Of a stretch of 64,000 bases of DNA, positions 63,414 to 64,000 are shown one piece after another. The notes under the pieces were generated by a model. It made no database searches. It was not told the DNA's origin and was given only the letters and a program-made list of their open reading frames with translations. The translations under genes and the position numbers were made by a program. Within the stretch, counting starts at the first letter, position 1; each line of letters opens with the position of its first letter. The stretch is from Gemmatimonadaceae bacterium (lineage in GTDB: Bacteria > Gemmatimonadota > Gemmatimonadetes > Gemmatimonadales > Gemmatimonadaceae): the NCBI GenBank assembly GCA_051859245.1, contig JBHYGA010000005.1, forward strand, positions 32,001 to 96,000, in the 5' to 3' direction.

Positions 63414-64000
63414 CTACACGTCGAGATTCGACACGAACCGCGCGTTCGATTCAATGAACAGACGACGCGGTTCTACTTCGTCGCCCATCAGCATCTGGAA
63501 CGTCTGATCCGCGAGCACCGCGTCTTCCATGGTCACGCGCCACATGCTGCGCGTTTCCGGGTCCATGGTCGTTTTCCAGAGCTGCTCCGGATTCATTTCA
63601 CCGAGACCCTTGTAGCGCTGCACGTTGAGATTGGTTTTGCCGTCACCAAAGCGCTCCGAAATCATGTCGCGCTCTTTCTCCGTGTAGGCGTAGTACTCTT
63701 CCTTGCCCTTGGCCACTCGGTAGAGAGGCGGCTGCGCGATGTACATGTAGCCCGCTTCGATCAGCTCCGGCATCTGACGGAAGAAGAACGTGAGCAGCAA
63801 CGTGCGAATGTGTGCACCGTCCACGTCGGCGTCAGTCATGATGATGACCTTGTGGTACCGCGCCTTCAGAATGTCGAACTCTTCGCGAATGCCGGTACCG
63901 AGTGCCGTGATGATCGTACGAATTTCTTCGTTGCTCAACACTTTGTCGATGCGCGCTTTTTCCACGTTGATGATTTTGCCACGCAGCGGAAGAATCGCCT
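63414..64000 (-). CDS. gyrB: DNA gyrase subunit B (3' part; 5' end outside window)
   Basis: [47 protein letters not shown]. Confidence 0.97.
   Translation of the reverse strand, partial: AILPLRGKIINVEKARIDKVLSNEEIRTIITALGTGIREEFDILKARYHKVIIMTDADVDGAHIRTLLLTFFFRQMPELIEAGYMYIAQPPLYRVAKGKEEYYAYTEKERDMISERFGDGKTNLNVQRYKGLGEMNPEQLWKTTMDPETRSMWRVTMEDAVLADQTFQMLMGDEVEPRRLFIESNARFVSNLDV

Noticed and set aside
62870..63507. Several overlapping ORFs in the gdhA-gyrB gap
   Set aside because: Low-complexity translations of the VNTR and inverted repeats; no RBS or domain evidence

Overview
A GC-rich bacterial chromosomal window of mostly housekeeping genes. Gene content and the many lipoproteins suggest Gemmatimonadota; this is an inference, not a database result. 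From left to right it holds: (1) a giant lipoprotein of about 15 tandem ~85-aa repeats, which runs off the left edge and is missing from the ORF track, next to an M66-like metalloprotease lipoprotein built from the same repeat; (2) lipA-pdhABC; (3) a GT2 glycosyltransferase with a long Arg-rich tail; (4) a PspA-like/Omp85-like gene pair; (5) an oppABCDF operon coupled to a POT peptide transporter; (6) a LipM-type octanoyltransferase, gcvP, gcvH and coaE; (7) an AraC regulator, tdk, a catalytically degenerate DEAD-box/DbpA protein and aspC; (8) sbcDC plus a GNAT; (9) a probable 6S RNA followed by a PTPS-II/folE/SDR operon that looks like a complete tetrahydrobiopterin pathway; (10) several lipoproteins, fadD and an orphan TPR-ParA-lipoprotein module; (11) a PRTase, a stand-alone V4R protein, ligA and YtxH; (12) an RMDN-like TPR protein head-to-head with thymidine phosphorylase; (13) a PQQ sugar dehydrogenase, an animal-type GDH with an antenna-like insert, and the 3' end of gyrB. 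Three intergenic inverted-repeat elements and two 12-bp VNTRs are present. I found no CRISPR array, tRNA, rRNA, transposase or prophage. Start codons were re-chosen by eye, and all family calls come from recognising motifs, not from searches.
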